From the NCBI GenBank assembly GCA_963733295.1, contig CAVTCS010000003.1, forward strand, positions 1,664,001 to 1,728,000: a DNA stretch of 64,000 bases, given 5' to 3'. Below the pieces are notes generated by a model. It did not search any database. It worked only from the letters and a program-made list of their open reading frames with translations, and was not told where the DNA came from. This DNA comes from Vulcanimicrobiota bacterium. GTDB lineage: Bacteria > Vulcanimicrobiota > Vulcanimicrobiia > Vulcanimicrobiales > Vulcanimicrobiaceae. The translations under genes were made by a program, and so were the position numbers. Numbering within the stretch: the first letter of the stretch is position 1; each line of letters starts with the position of its first letter. Of this stretch, positions 27,728 to 38,915 are shown in pieces.

Positions 27728-29146
27728 TCAGGGACTGGCGTTCAAGAGGATCGCCGCGCAGTGCGGACAGACATCGACCGAAGTCACCGGCGAATACGAA
27801 ACCGAGCCCGGCGGCATGCCGCTGCTCGGGACCGGACCGCCCGTCGTCGGAAGCGCTTGATAGAACGTCCCGCCAAGAGCAAGCGCACCGCTGTCCGCCG
27901 GGCTCGGGTTCACCAGCACCATACCGTTCGCGTAGTGTCGAACGTACAAATTCCAACTCGCGTTGAGCAACGTCGAGATGTTGGCCGGAACCGGATCGAC
28001 GGGCGCGCCCAAGTTGATCCCGTACTCCGGCTGCCATTGGATCGCCAGCCCGTAGCTGTCGAGGTTCACGTACGTGTGGTGGCCCTTGATCAAAAGGTAC
28101 GTGCCAAGCACGAAGAGCCGTTCGTTGGCGTCGCTTCCGTTCGGGTAGGTCTGACCGATCACGATCTTGCCGGCGTTGACCAGCGAGAGCGCGCGATTCA
28201 TCTGCAGCTGCCAGTCGCCGAGCGCGTAGTAGTTCTCGTTGCCCCCTTCGGCGAAGCCTTCGAGCATCGCCCCGTCGACGTTCGAGTAGTCGGATGGATC
28301 GCGCGTCGTAATCCACGAGCCGACGTTCGGAATCCAAAGCCAACGGCCGGCGAATTGGGTGCGCATGTAGTCGGTAAACGAATGCATGCGCGTCGCCCAC
28401 GAGGACTCGAACGTCGCATCGACCGCCGGCAGCGCTGGGTTGTAGGGTCCGAGATAATTCGGGATGCTGTAACTGTCGGCAAAGACCCCGTCGTCTTGGT
28501 TGAGCGCGAGCTGACCCATGACTTGTCCGCTCCACCACGCGCGCCAACCGGGATCGTTCAGCTCCATGAGGTACCAGCCCCACGAACAGTTGTACACGCG
28601 TGCCGATCCGCCGTATTGAAAGAACCAACTTGCGTTCACGACCGAGTCGCCGGGCCATTCCTGCACCCAGCTGCCGTCGATGATTTGAAGGTAGCTGCCG
28701 GTCGGCGCGCAGCCGGAAGAAGGCGAGCGGTATCCCAAGGCAAGCCCCAGGCGGTAGTGCAGCACTAAGAAGTTCGAATTGTAGGTGCGTAAGTGGGCGG
28801 CGTCGCCAGGGAGAAGTTTTTGCGAGCCGACAAAATGCGTCGCCGCGAATTGAAATTGCGCCTCGCTTGCCGAGCTCGTGTCGAGCTGGTCGCTGTAGAC
28901 GAAGATCCCATCGGTCGTGTCGGGAAAGGTACGCGAACTTCCGGAAGCGATCGCGGTCGGGGTGGCTGTCGCCGACGGGGTCGCGCTCGGACCCCCGGTC
29001 GGCCTCGCACTGGCGCTTCCGCTGGGCGCCGGCGTCGGCGAGTTTCGCGGCGCTCCCGGCGTTTGCGGACCACTGCTGCTGCCGCCGGAGCAGTTTGCCA
29101 ACAACACTGCTGCAACGAAAAGCAGCGCCGGGTAGGAAACGCGCAC
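27728..29146 (-). CDS. Lipoprotein, putative glycoside hydrolase (GHL15-like TIM barrel)
   Basis: Lipobox LANC, Pro/Thr linker, DGVFADS, DGAMLEGF, WQPEYGINLGAP...RHYANGMVLVNP. Confidence 0.65.
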   Translation of the reverse strand: MRVSYPALLFVAAVLLANCSGGSSSGPQTPGAPRNSPTPAPSGSASARPTGGPSATPSATATPTAIASGSSRTFPDTTDGIFVYSDQLDTSSASEAQFQFAATHFVGSQKLLPGDAAHLRTYNSNFLVLHYRLGLALGYRSPSSGCAPTGSYLQIIDGSWVQEWPGDSVVNASWFFQYGGSARVYNCSWGWYLMELNDPGWRAWWSGQVMGQLALNQDDGVFADSYSIPNYLGPYNPALPAVDATFESSWATRMHSFTDYMRTQFAGRWLWIPNVGSWITTRDPSDYSNVDGAMLEGFAEGGNENYYALGDWQLQMNRALSLVNAGKIVIGQTYPNGSDANERLFVLGTYLLIKGHHTYVNLDSYGLAIQWQPEYGINLGAPVDPVPANISTLLNASWNLYVRHYANGMVLVNPSPADSGALALGGTFYQALPTTGGPVPSSGMPPGSVSYSPVTSVDVCPHCAAILLNASP

Positions 29147-29201
29147 CGCCTCGCTTTCGGCCGTGCGCGTTTCGCATCCTAGAGCACTACGTCACAAACG
29201 C

Positions 29202-32200
29202 TTAGAGAGGTAGATTCGCTTCCGCCACCGCGTCGGTGATCGTAAAGAGTGCGCCTTCGGAAAATGCGCCGGCATAAGCGTCGGGTGACAGCGCCCCCCG
29301 AACGGACCCGTCGAACTTCAGATAAAGCTCCTGGATCGTCGGCTGCCGCGGCGCGAGCTCTTGCTCGAGCGTGCTCATGAAGCCGAGCAGCCGGGCCGCT
29401 CTGGGGGCGTGCCCGCGCCGGAAATGGAGTTGCGCGAACACGAAGAGACACTCGCGCACCATCCATAGTTCCCGGCCCGCGACGAGCCCTTCGACGATCT
29501 CGCGGCAGATCGCGTACGCGGTCTCGACGTCGCCGCGGATGAGATGGAGGTCGGCCAGGTCGACGAGAAATGCGCGCGGAGTTCCATAGCGTTCGAGAAT
29601 GGCCACCGCTTCGCGCTCGTATTGCAGCGCCGTGTCGAGCTCGCCGGCATCTTGGGCGATCGCCGACAAGTTGTGCAAGGCGCGCGCGGTCTTGCGATCG
29701 TGACCGAGCGAGCGCGCGAGCGCGAGCGCCTCGCTATAGTGCGTCCGCGACGCCGCGAAATCGTCGCGATAGTCCGCGCACATCCCAAGACAGTTGAGCG
29801 CGTCGGCTTCGATCAACCGGTCGCGAACTTCCCGCGCCGTTCGGAGCGCTTCTTCGAAAAACGGCTGCGCGGCCGCGACGTCGATGCGCATAAGATGCGC
29901 GCCGCCGGCGTTCAGGGCGGCGAGCGCCGAAAGCCGCGCGTCACCTGCGCTGTGCGCGATCGCTCTCGCTCGCTCGGCTAACGCCAGCGCGCGCTGCGGT
30001 TCGATGCTTGACTGCCGGAGAAAGAACGTCGTCGCCAAGCACAGTTGAGCGACCAGCGGCGCTGGTATTTCGGCTTCGAAGGAAAGCGCGCGCTCGAGCC
30101 AGCGCAGCGCACTCGCCGGCGTGCGGCTCGTCGCTTCCCAGTACGGCATCAATCCGGCGGCAATCGCGGCACCCGTCGGCACGTCCTGGTGTTCGTCGAG
30201 GCACCATTCCAACGCCGCCCCGAAGTTCTCGTCCTCCGGGATGAAAGTGGGCAGCCAAACTCTCGTCGGCTGAGCGCCACTCGAGCGTTCGACGCGCTCG
30301 GCCAGCGTTCGGACGTAGGTTGCGTGGCGCGATCGCCAGAGCGCGGCTTCCCCGCCGAGTCGCTCGCTCGCGTATTCGCGCATCGACTCCATGAAATGGT
30401 AGCGCGTTTCGCCGGCCTGCGTCTCGTGAAGCACGAGCGACTTCTCGACGAGTGCGGTAAGAATCTCGTCAACGTCCCCGGCGGCGATGGCTTCGTCGCT
30501 ACAAACGACGCGCGCCGCGTCGGCAGTCCAGCTTCCGGCGAATACCGAGAGCCGCAGCAAAAGCAGCCGTTCGCGCGCGTCGAGGAGATTGTAACTCCAA
30601 TCGATGAGCGCCCGGAGCGTCTGCTGGCGCGGCAACGCGGTCCTGCTTCCGCCGGTCAACGTCCGGAAACGGTCGTCGAGCCGAGCCGCGAGACCCTCGA
30701 TGCTCATCGAGCGAAGCCGCGCTGCCGCCAGTTCGAGGGCGAAGGGAATTCCGTCGAGGCGGCGGCAGATCTGCGCGACGATGGGCGCACTGGCGTCGTC
30801 GAGTTCGAAACCCACCGCCTGCGCCCGCGCTGCAAAAAACAAGAGCGCATCGTAGCTGCGCGCCGAAGCCGCGTTGACCTGTTGATCGAGCGGCGGCACG
30901 GCAAGCGATGACACGCGATAGAGTCGCTCCCCCGCGATCCCGAGCGGCTCGCGGCTGGTCGCCAGAATCTTGACGTGCGGAGCGTTGCGCAACACGACGT
31001 CGACGACCGTCGAGCAGGCGGCGACGACGTGCTCGCAGTTGTCCAGCACGATGAGCGCGCATTTCGGGCGCAGCAGGCCGGTGAGCGAAGCGAGCGGATT
31101 ATCCCCGGCGAGGTGCCACTCGAAGACTTCGGCGATGGCGTGCTCGACGTGTCTGGCGTCCGAGACGTTGGAGAGATCGACGAACCAAACGCCGTCCGAG
31201 AACTCGTCGAGAACGAGCTGCGCGCTTTCGATGGCTAAGCGGGTCTTACCGATCCCTCCAGGTCCGGAGAGCGTGACGAGCCGCAGCTCACCGAGTGCGA
31301 CGGCGACTTCGCCGAGCTCGCGTTCGCGACCTAAGAAGCGGGTGAGCTGCAGCGGAAGGTTATGGCGGGTTTCGTCGCGTCGCTCGGCAACCGGCGCCGA
31401 CGAGAGATAGTGGGGAGCGGCGACTCGGTTACGTCCCGCGCCCTTTGCGGTGTACAGTCCGCGGTCGGCGCTTTGCAACAACGCCGTAAGCTCGCCGTCG
31501 CGCGGCACGAGCGTGGCGCTCCCGATGCTGACCGAAACGACGCCGAGCGTGGAACCGTGATGCGGGATTGCAAGCGCCGAAATCGCGCTGCGCATCTGCT
31601 CGCCGAGATCCACGGCGCTCGCCCCCGCACAATCGGGCACGAGCGCGGCAAACTCCTCGCCGCCATAACGCGCGAGCAAGGCGCCGGGCGTATCGAGACA
31701 GGCTTCCAACGCGTGCGCCACCTGTTGAAGGCATGCGTCGCCCGCCACGTGGCCGTAACGGTCGTTGAACGCTTTGAAGAAATCGACGTCGATCAGCAGC
31801 ATGGAAAGCGGCGAGCCGTCGAGCGCGCACGCATCCCAACGCCGGCGAATGCCTTCGTCGAAAGCGCGCCGATTAGCGACGCCGCATAAGCCGTCGACGG
31901 CCGCAAGGTCTTCGAAAGCGCGCTTTGCGACCGCCTCGCCCGCGTCGTGGATGCGCACCGCCAAATACAGCGCGCAGGTTTCGAGCAGTTCGACGTCCTC
32001 TTGACTGTACGCGTTCGCACGGCTCGACTGTACCGACAGCACGCCGATGACGTCGCGTCCGAATTTGATCGGTACGTAGATCGCCGCCACGACGTCGACG
32101 CCTTTGAGTTGTGCGCCGCTTACCGTCGTCGCAGCGCGCCGGCTCTGATCCCAGTCGCTGCGCCGGCGCTTGAGAATCGCTCTGCCCGAACTCGCGACTT

Positions 32201-32489
32201 CGGCGGCGTGCGAATCGGGCGGCACGTCGCGCTGCGCTGCCTCGCCCGCGTTTCCCTCATCGAGGACGTACGCAATGCGCAGCGTGCCGGCTTCTTGCAG
32301 TGCGATGAAGACGCGAGAGGCATCGACGAAGCGCGCCAGCAGCGTGCAGAACTGCGAGAAGATCGTACGCAGCGATACGTCGGCGGCCAGGAGTTCGGCG
32401 GTCCGGCGCACGACCTCACGGTCGCGCTGAGAACGCTCAAGCGCGAGGGACCGTTGCCGGGCCCCGCTGATAGGAACGACCTTTCCCAC
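29202..32489 (-). CDS. GAF-GGDEF diguanylate cyclase fused to a STAND-type ATPase and TPR repeats
   Basis: GAF (IGVLSVQS), DVDFFKAFND...ARYGGEEF, GPGGIGKT, VLDNCEH, RLDGIPFALELAA, C-terminal TPRs. Confidence 0.9.
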   Translation of the reverse strand: MGKVVPISGARQRSLALERSQRDREVVRRTAELLAADVSLRTIFSQFCTLLARFVDASRVFIALQEAGTLRIAYVLDEGNAGEAAQRDVPPDSHAAEVASSGRAILKRRRSDWDQSRRAATTVSGAQLKGVDVVAAIYVPIKFGRDVIGVLSVQSSRANAYSQEDVELLETCALYLAVRIHDAGEAVAKRAFEDLAAVDGLCGVANRRAFDEGIRRRWDACALDGSPLSMLLIDVDFFKAFNDRYGHVAGDACLQQVAHALEACLDTPGALLARYGGEEFAALVPDCAGASAVDLGEQMRSAISALAIPHHGSTLGVVSVSIGSATLVPRDGELTALLQSADRGLYTAKGAGRNRVAAPHYLSSAPVAERRDETRHNLPLQLTRFLGRERELGEVAVALGELRLVTLSGPGGIGKTRLAIESAQLVLDEFSDGVWFVDLSNVSDARHVEHAIAEVFEWHLAGDNPLASLTGLLRPKCALIVLDNCEHVVAACSTVVDVVLRNAPHVKILATSREPLGIAGERLYRVSSLAVPPLDQQVNAASARSYDALLFFAARAQAVGFELDDASAPIVAQICRRLDGIPFALELAAARLRSMSIEGLAARLDDRFRTLTGGSRTALPRQQTLRALIDWSYNLLDARERLLLLRLSVFAGSWTADAARVVCSDEAIAAGDVDEILTALVEKSLVLHETQAGETRYHFMESMREYASERLGGEAALWRSRHATYVRTLAERVERSSGAQPTRVWLPTFIPEDENFGAALEWCLDEHQDVPTGAAIAAGLMPYWEATSRTPASALRWLERALSFEAEIPAPLVAQLCLATTFFLRQSSIEPQRALALAERARAIAHSAGDARLSALAALNAGGAHLMRIDVAAAQPFFEEALRTAREVRDRLIEADALNCLGMCADYRDDFAASRTHYSEALALARSLGHDRKTARALHNLSAIAQDAGELDTALQYEREAVAILERYGTPRAFLVDLADLHLIRGDVETAYAICREIVEGLVAGRELWMVRECLFVFAQLHFRRGHAPRAARLLGFMSTLEQELAPRQPTIQELYLKFDGSVRGALSPDAYAGAFSEGALFTITDAVAEANLPL

Positions 32490-32634
32490 TCCTAGGAATA
32501 TCGGCCAGGCAGGCGGCCGCCGTCAAGCAAATGGCCGCCACAGGTTCTTGGACGACCCCATTCGGGCCAAGGTCCCCTAGGGCCGGACCGTAGCCGGCAA
32601 GCGGGGCCGGAGCCTTGGGCGAAGGCGGACGGGA

Positions 32635-34644
32635 ATGGAGACCCTGGTACGCGAGGGCGAGCTGCTTTGGACGCCCCAGCCAAGCTTTGCCGAAAGCTCG
32701 ACGGTCGCGCGCTTCATGCACTGGCTGGCGCGCGAACGCGGGCTCGAGTTTGCCGGCTACGACGCGCTGTGGCGGTGGTCGGTCGACGATCTAGAGTCGT
32801 TCTGGGCCGCCATCTGGGATTTTTTCGAAGTGCGCTCGATTACGCCGTACACGCGCGTGCTCGATCGGCACGTGATGCCCGGCGCGCGCTGGTTCTCGGG
32901 AGCCAGGTTGAACTTTGCCGAGCACGTGCTCCGTCACGAATCGCATGCGCCCGATGCGTCGGCGCTCGTCCATTCCTCGGAGTTGCGGCCTTTAGAACGC
33001 ACGAGCTGGAGCGAACTGGGCGAGCGCACGCGCGCGCTTGCAAGCGCCTTGCGCGAACTCGGTGTCCAACCCGGCGAGCGGGTGGCTTCGTACATGCCGA
33101 ACATTCCCGAGACCGCAATCGCCATGCTGGCCACGACGGCGATCGGCGCGGTCTGGGCCTCCGCTGCGCCGGAATTCGGTGCGCGAACCGTCATCGACCG
33201 CTTCGGGCAAATCGAACCGAGCGTGCTCTTCTTGACGGACGGTTATCGCTTCGCCGGCAAAAACTTCGATCGAGCCGAGCAGATCCGTGCGATCCTCGCA
33301 GCGTTGCCCTCGCTGCGCCACGTCGTCTGGCTGCCGTACCTCGACCGCGGCGCGACGCCGCCGCTGAGCAGCGCGCTCGCTTGGGATTCGTTGCTCGCCC
33401 GCGGCGAATCGGACGCGCGCCGCGCGGACGCATTCGCATACGAACGAGTTCCCGAAGATCATCCGCTGTGGGTTCTCTTTTCGTCCGGCACGACGGGCTT
33501 GCCCAAAGCGATCGTTCACGGTCACGTCGGCGTGACGCTCGAGCTCCTCAAGACCGGTCTGGCGAGCGACTCAGGTCCCGAGCGGCGAACGTTCTTCTAC
33601 ACCACGACCGGGTGGATGATGTGGAACGCGCTGATCGCATCGTTGCTGCACGGTGCGTCGGCGGTGCTCTATGACGGACACCCGGCCTACCCTGGTCCCG
33701 AGCTTCTGTGGCAACTGGCGGACGACGCCGAAGCGACCGGCTTCGGCGCGAGTCCGGCCTTCGTGCAAATCATGCAGAAGATCGGACTCGTGCCCAAGGA
33801 GCGCTTCGCGACCGAAAGGCTGCGCGGCGTCTTGCTGACAGGTTCGCCCGTCTCGCCGGAGACGACGGCCTGGTTCTACCGCAACGTCAAGGAAGACTTG
33901 TGGGTCAACTCGCCGTCGGGTGGCACGGAGCTGTGCGCCGGACTCGTCGGCGGTTCGCCGCTCTTACCCGTGTATGCGGGCGAGATCCAGACTCGTCTGC
34001 TCGGCATGGACGTGCACGCCTGGGATCCTCGCGGGCGCGAGCTCGAAGATGAAGTCGGCGAGCTCGTCGTAACGAGTCCCGCACCGTCGATGCCGCTGCG
34101 TTTTTGGAACGACCCCGGTGACAAGCGCTATCGCGAAACCTATTTCGAGCATTTTCCCGGAGTCTGGCGTCACGGCGATTTCGTGAAGATCAACGCTCGC
34201 GGCGGCTGCTTCGTCTACGGGCGCTCCGACTCGACGCTCAATCGTTTCGGCGTGCGCATCGGCTCGGCGGAGATCTACCGCATCCTCGAACGCGTTCCGG
34301 CGGTCGCCGACAGCTTGGTCGTCTGTCTGGAGCGCCCGGGCGGCGCATTCTTCATGCCGCTCTTCGTGAAGCTCGCGACGCCCGGTACGCTGGATGACGC
34401 GCTTCGCGCCGAGATCTCGGAACGGTTACGCAGCGACGGTAGTCCGCGTCACGTCCCCGACGCGATCGTCGCCGTCGACGCGATTCCCTACACGCTCACC
34501 GGTAAGAAGATGGAAATTCCCGTGCGCCGCCTCCTCGCCGGCGCGCGGGCGGCCGACGTCGCCAGCCGCGACGCGATGATGGATCCCGCGGCCTTGGACG
34601 TCTACGTCGAATACGCCGCGTCGCTCCAGGCCGAGATCGCTTGA
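32635..34644 (+). CDS. Acetoacetate--CoA ligase
   Basis: LWRWSV, WFSGARLNFAE, FSSGTTGLPKAIVHGH, TTTGWMMWN, GRSDSTLNRFGVRIG. Confidence 0.92.
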   Translation: METLVREGELLWTPQPSFAESSTVARFMHWLARERGLEFAGYDALWRWSVDDLESFWAAIWDFFEVRSITPYTRVLDRHVMPGARWFSGARLNFAEHVLRHESHAPDASALVHSSELRPLERTSWSELGERTRALASALRELGVQPGERVASYMPNIPETAIAMLATTAIGAVWASAAPEFGARTVIDRFGQIEPSVLFLTDGYRFAGKNFDRAEQIRAILAALPSLRHVVWLPYLDRGATPPLSSALAWDSLLARGESDARRADAFAYERVPEDHPLWVLFSSGTTGLPKAIVHGHVGVTLELLKTGLASDSGPERRTFFYTTTGWMMWNALIASLLHGASAVLYDGHPAYPGPELLWQLADDAEATGFGASPAFVQIMQKIGLVPKERFATERLRGVLLTGSPVSPETTAWFYRNVKEDLWVNSPSGGTELCAGLVGGSPLLPVYAGEIQTRLLGMDVHAWDPRGRELEDEVGELVVTSPAPSMPLRFWNDPGDKRYRETYFEHFPGVWRHGDFVKINARGGCFVYGRSDSTLNRFGVRIGSAEIYRILERVPAVADSLVVCLERPGGAFFMPLFVKLATPGTLDDALRAEISERLRSDGSPRHVPDAIVAVDAIPYTLTGKKMEIPVRRLLAGARAADVASRDAMMDPAALDVYVEYAASLQAEIA

Positions 34645-35894
34645 TGCTGACCGTACGAGCCGGTATCATCATCCGCGCGCTTGCATTGATCTGCGCGTTT
34701 GCCATCAGCCCCGCAACAGGCTCGGCTGCGGGCAACGTCACCGTTTCGACGACGGTCGTCGACGCGCGCAACGAACCGGTCGCGGGCGCGCGGGTGGTGC
34801 TCACCGGAAATGCGGGCACGACCTTCACTGGGCTGACGGATCGACACGGCCAAGCGGTCGTGAAGATTCCGGTGGACACCTACAGCATCGTCGCCTCGCA
34901 CGACGGCTTTTCGCCCGAGACGTTGCGTGACATGGACATCGAGGCCAACACGTCGATCAGCATAACGATCTCCGCGGCTCCTCCGTCACCCGCGCCTGTG
35001 CCCACACGACGGCCGGCGGCCCCATCTCCGCTCGCGGTTCCGGTCTCGCGGCCCACGCCCGCACCGGCCATTCCGGCTCCGACGGCCGTACCGGTGCAAC
35101 CCACGCCGAATGTGGTCGCGACGCCACGTCCGACGCCCGCTCCGTCGCCTATCGCCGTCGCCGTGGTACCGGCCGGCACGCAAGCGCCGGCACTGGCGCC
35201 GGTGTTGGCGCCGGCGCCGAAGCTCGTACACGATGCGTTGCTCGCCACCTACGACGCGCGTCATCCGGAGCACGTGAGCGGCGAGCCGTACTTCGGACGG
35301 TATACGTACGTACTGCTGGGCGGCGGCGGCGCAGCCGATCCGCGCAATCAAGCCCTGCTGGCTACTCTCGTCGCGAGGTACAACGTCGTCTCGAACGCCG
35401 GCAGCCAAGCCGTAACCGGCAATCCGTTCGGCTACAACCTGTTCCTTTTGCCCGTCAAAGAGTCGAGTCAGAGCGCGGGAGCTTCGAATGCGGCCGGTGC
35501 CGTCGTTCAGTATGACTACAAGACGGCGCAATATCTTCTCAACCGGTATTGCGGCGCGCCCGCGCACGCCCCGAGCTCGATTTGCGCGAAGCCTCACTCG
35601 CAGGGGCCGTTCATGTTGACCCTGACCCGGCCGCTTCAAGGTCTGCGCGCCCAGGACGCCTTTCCGCCGACGTTCGCCTACGACTTCGGCGCCGTCGCAC
35701 CCGAACAGTTTTCGACGGCGGTGACGCTCATCGCTCGCGTCGCTGCCGTTCCGGACCCGATGCAAGCCGATCTTCAGCTGCCGCCCGCGGACCTTTCCAA
35801 GTACGTCGGACCCGCGTTCGTCGCGTCGGGCGCCGCCCTGCGAGCGCTCGTCCCGACCCTGCGGGTCTCCGTGGATAACGGGCTCCTATCGTAG
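34644..35894 (+). CDS. Exported protein: carboxypeptidase-regulatory-like domain, Pro-rich linker, unknown C-terminal domain
   Basis: Signal peptide; VVDARNEPVAGARV...TDRHG...YSIVASHDGF. Confidence 0.7.
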   Translation: MLTVRAGIIIRALALICAFAISPATGSAAGNVTVSTTVVDARNEPVAGARVVLTGNAGTTFTGLTDRHGQAVVKIPVDTYSIVASHDGFSPETLRDMDIEANTSISITISAAPPSPAPVPTRRPAAPSPLAVPVSRPTPAPAIPAPTAVPVQPTPNVVATPRPTPAPSPIAVAVVPAGTQAPALAPVLAPAPKLVHDALLATYDARHPEHVSGEPYFGRYTYVLLGGGGAADPRNQALLATLVARYNVVSNAGSQAVTGNPFGYNLFLLPVKESSQSAGASNAAGAVVQYDYKTAQYLLNRYCGAPAHAPSSICAKPHSQGPFMLTLTRPLQGLRAQDAFPPTFAYDFGAVAPEQFSTAVTLIARVAAVPDPMQADLQLPPADLSKYVGPAFVASGAALRALVPTLRVSVDNGLLS

Positions 35895-35905
35895 AAGGAA
35901 CGCGC

Positions 35906-36463
35906 ATGACGTATTTCCGCGATGAGGTCGAGTGCCCGCTCGGTACCCTCGTTTTGGTGACGAACGGCGCAGCGTTGTGCGGCTTGTATTTTGCCGACCA
36001 CCCCAAACGCACCGATCGAATGTTGCGGAAACAGTACGGTGACGCTGTCGTGCGCGAACGTCCCGAACGCCTCGGCATTCGCGAGCGGCTCGAAGCGTAT
36101 TTCGCCGGCGATCTGCACGCACTCGATGACGTTCCGACTCAGACGAGCGGCACCGCATTTCAAGAAGCCGTGTGGTCGGCGCTGCGCATGATCCCGGTGG
36201 GAACGACCACGTCCTACGGCGCTCTCGCAAACGGCCTCGGGAACCCGGGGGCGATGCGCGCGGTTGGACTTGCCAACGGTTCGAACCCGGTCGCGATCGT
36301 CATTCCCTGTCATCGCGTCATCGGCGCGGACGGCACGCTGACGGGTTTCGGCGGCGGACTCGACCGTAAAGCCTGGCTACTGCGACACGAGGGCGTTCGT
36401 TTTACAGAGGCGCGCGGTTCGCGCGCGATCGACGATCGGGAAATGACGCTCTTCCCCGCCTAG
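35906..36463 (+). CDS. ogt: Methylated-DNA--protein-cysteine methyltransferase
   Basis: GTAFQEAVW, RAVGLANGSNP, IPCHRVIG. Confidence 0.92.
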   Translation: MTYFRDEVECPLGTLVLVTNGAALCGLYFADHPKRTDRMLRKQYGDAVVRERPERLGIRERLEAYFAGDLHALDDVPTQTSGTAFQEAVWSALRMIPVGTTTSYGALANGLGNPGAMRAVGLANGSNPVAIVIPCHRVIGADGTLTGFGGGLDRKAWLLRHEGVRFTEARGSRAIDDREMTLFPA

Positions 36464-36470
36464 ACGGCGC

Positions 36471-37373
36471 TCAGCGGCGCTTGAGCGCTTCGAGCTCTTC
36501 CAGCGTGCGGGGTGCGTCCGCTTTCAGCAGACGCGACAAGCTGCGATCCGCCAGGAGTCTGCCGCTCGTCTGACAGCGGACGCAATAGTTCGTCTCGTTG
36601 TCGGCGTAGCGGATGCGTTGCACCGGCTCGCCGCAGCGCGGGCATGGCTCCCCGAAGCGCCCGTGCACGGCCATGTCCTTGCGGAATGCCGTGACGTGTT
36701 CGGGAAAGCGGTCCTTGGCCTCATCGCGCAGCCGGTCGATCCATTTCTGCAGCGTGGCGCGGGTCGCCGCGAAAAGCCGTTCCCATTCGTCCGGCGTCAA
36801 CTTCTGCGTCAGGGCAATCGGAGAGAGTTGCGCGGCGTGGAGGATTTCGTCGGAGTAGGCGTTGCCGATGCCGCTGACGTTACGCGGATCGGTGAGCGCG
36901 CGTTTGAGCGTGTGATTCTCGATCCTGAGCGCATGCCGAAAGGCGTCGAGATCGGCGCTGAAAACATCGATGCCGCCTGCATCGAGCGCGCGGAGCGAAG
37001 CCTCGCCTCGCAAGACGTGCAAGGAGGCGCGGCGTTTGCTGCCGGCTTCCGTCAAGACGAGCGTACCCGCGGGGAAATCGAACGCCGCGAGGTCGCTGCG
37101 CCCCGTCAGCTTCGCGCCGGGAGCGCGCCAGTGCAGCCGGCCGGCGATCATCAGGTGGAGTACCAGCCACAGGTCTCCCTCGAGACCGATGGCGATGCGT
37201 TTGCCGATGCGACGCACCTCCCGCACGACGAGACCTTCGACGGCGCCCAGCGGCGGATCCGCAGTCCGCAGCAGAAACGCATTTCCTCGAATGCGAACGT
37301 GCTCGAGCGGTTGACCGAGGATGCGCGGCTCGAGCGCGCTGATGTAAGCTGCGACGTCCGGGAGTTCCGGCAC
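36471..37373 (-). CDS. Fpg/Nei family DNA glycosylase
   Basis: [28 protein letters not shown]...CVRC zinc finger. Confidence 0.92.
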   Translation of the reverse strand: MPELPDVAAYISALEPRILGQPLEHVRIRGNAFLLRTADPPLGAVEGLVVREVRRIGKRIAIGLEGDLWLVLHLMIAGRLHWRAPGAKLTGRSDLAAFDFPAGTLVLTEAGSKRRASLHVLRGEASLRALDAGGIDVFSADLDAFRHALRIENHTLKRALTDPRNVSGIGNAYSDEILHAAQLSPIALTQKLTPDEWERLFAATRATLQKWIDRLRDEAKDRFPEHVTAFRKDMAVHGRFGEPCPRCGEPVQRIRYADNETNYCVRCQTSGRLLADRSLSRLLKADAPRTLEELEALKRR

Positions 37374-37374
37374 G

Positions 37375-38763
37375 TCAACTGTTAGCGGTGGAAACCGAGT
37401 TCGGCGGCGTCGATCGCTTTCGGCGCGGCACTTCGAGCGGTTCGCGCGCGAGTTCTCGAACCTGGCGCGATGCGGCTATCGCTTGCGAGTCATCGTACGC
37501 TTCTTGGTTCGCCTCGATCTCGTCAAGCCTGTAGACGTAGTTCACCATCAAACCGGCGGAGTCACGCAACGCCTTCGTCGAGCGGTCGCCCAGCCAGCAG
37601 ATCCGCTCCAGCCGCGCACCGTTGCTCAGATGAAAGCGCTCGACGGGATCCTCGAGGCCGCCGTTGCGATCGCGCGCCTCCAGCAAGTAGCGAGCGCCTA
37701 GACGCAACAGCGGACGTTCTAGTACCGCTTCTGCCGCGGCGTCACGCTGCCAACCGACGCGCTCGAGCAAAGCCCGTACGTCGGCGGTCCAGCCGGGTTG
37801 CTCCGGTTGCGTGTCGAGCCACTTCCGGAAACCCGCGATCGGAGAGAGCGTCGTGAACGTTCGCAAATGCGGGAGTTCGGCGGAAAGCGCGCTGACGACG
37901 CCCTTGATCAGCGCGTTCCCGAGGCTGATTCCCGAAAGACCTTGCTGACAGGCGGAAATCGAATAAAACGCCGCGACCCGGGCACTGCGCGCATCGCCGC
38001 GCGGCGCCTTCGGGTCGATCAGCGGTGCGATCCGATCGGGAAGGTGATCCGTCAGGGCTACTTCCACGAAGACAAGCGGTTCGTTCGGCATGGCCGGATG
38101 CAGGTAGGCAAAGCAGCGCCGATCGGTGTCGAGCCGGTCCTTGAGAGCGAGCCAGCCGCGCACTTCGTGCACCGCTTCGTAGCGCCCGAGTTTCTCGAGC
38201 AACGAGGCCGGCGCGTCCCACGTAATCCGCCGCAATTCGAGAAAGCCGAGGTCGAACCAGGTCTCGAGGAGTTCCCGCAGGTCCGCCTCGAGCGGCCGCA
38301 GGGCCGGGGATTCGCGCGTGCGTTCGAGGAGATCGGCGCGGAGATCGACCAGAAACTTCGTCCCGTCCTCGAGGACATTAAAGCTCCGAAGGATCTTGAG
38401 CCAGGGGGGTTCGAGGGCGTCGCGCAAGCGGCTCGCTGCGGCCGGAATGTCGGACGCGTTTGGAAGTGCCGCGAGCGGCTCCGCAAAAACGGAGGGCCGG
38501 ACCGCAAACCCGGCAAGAAGATTCAGGAAACGCGTTTTCCCCTCGTTCCCTAAGCGAGCGTAGAGTTGCGCGAGTTCGGCGACGCGCTTTCGCGTCGAGG
38601 TCTCTCCGCCGCGCGCTTCGGCGCAAGCGGCCAGCGTCGCACGCAGTCGCGGCACATCGCGCTCGGCAAGTTCCGCCGCGCCGCGCCGCTCATCGCGATG
38701 CACCAGGTCGCTCCACGACCCAGCGACCGACTCGACTGCCCGGCGGATGAGATCGGAGTGCAC
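37375..38763 (-). CDS. Malonyl-CoA decarboxylase
   Basis: [42 protein letters not shown]. Confidence 0.92.
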   Translation of the reverse strand: MHSDLIRRAVESVAGSWSDLVHRDERRGAAELAERDVPRLRATLAACAEARGGETSTRKRVAELAQLYARLGNEGKTRFLNLLAGFAVRPSVFAEPLAALPNASDIPAAASRLRDALEPPWLKILRSFNVLEDGTKFLVDLRADLLERTRESPALRPLEADLRELLETWFDLGFLELRRITWDAPASLLEKLGRYEAVHEVRGWLALKDRLDTDRRCFAYLHPAMPNEPLVFVEVALTDHLPDRIAPLIDPKAPRGDARSARVAAFYSISACQQGLSGISLGNALIKGVVSALSAELPHLRTFTTLSPIAGFRKWLDTQPEQPGWTADVRALLERVGWQRDAAAEAVLERPLLRLGARYLLEARDRNGGLEDPVERFHLSNGARLERICWLGDRSTKALRDSAGLMVNYVYRLDEIEANQEAYDDSQAIAASRQVRELAREPLEVPRRKRSTPPNSVSTANS

Positions 38764-38915
38764 GGCTCAATTTAGCTTCCATGTGCCGGCAATCCGAGCC
38801 TCCGCTCTTATTCCGCGGCGACGTCACGAAAATGCTGGGGTTACGTAAGCCGATTCAGCATAACAAGCGCAGGGCGCGGCCCCACGCGCGCGGTAGACGA
38901 CTCGGGAGGACGGCT

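Noticed and set aside
25518..29177. 1219-aa ORF suggesting a giant fusion protein
   Set aside because: The first about 500 aa are an off-frame shadow of the glycoside hydrolase gene. The real hydratase/dehydrogenase starts at GTG 27653 with its own SD.
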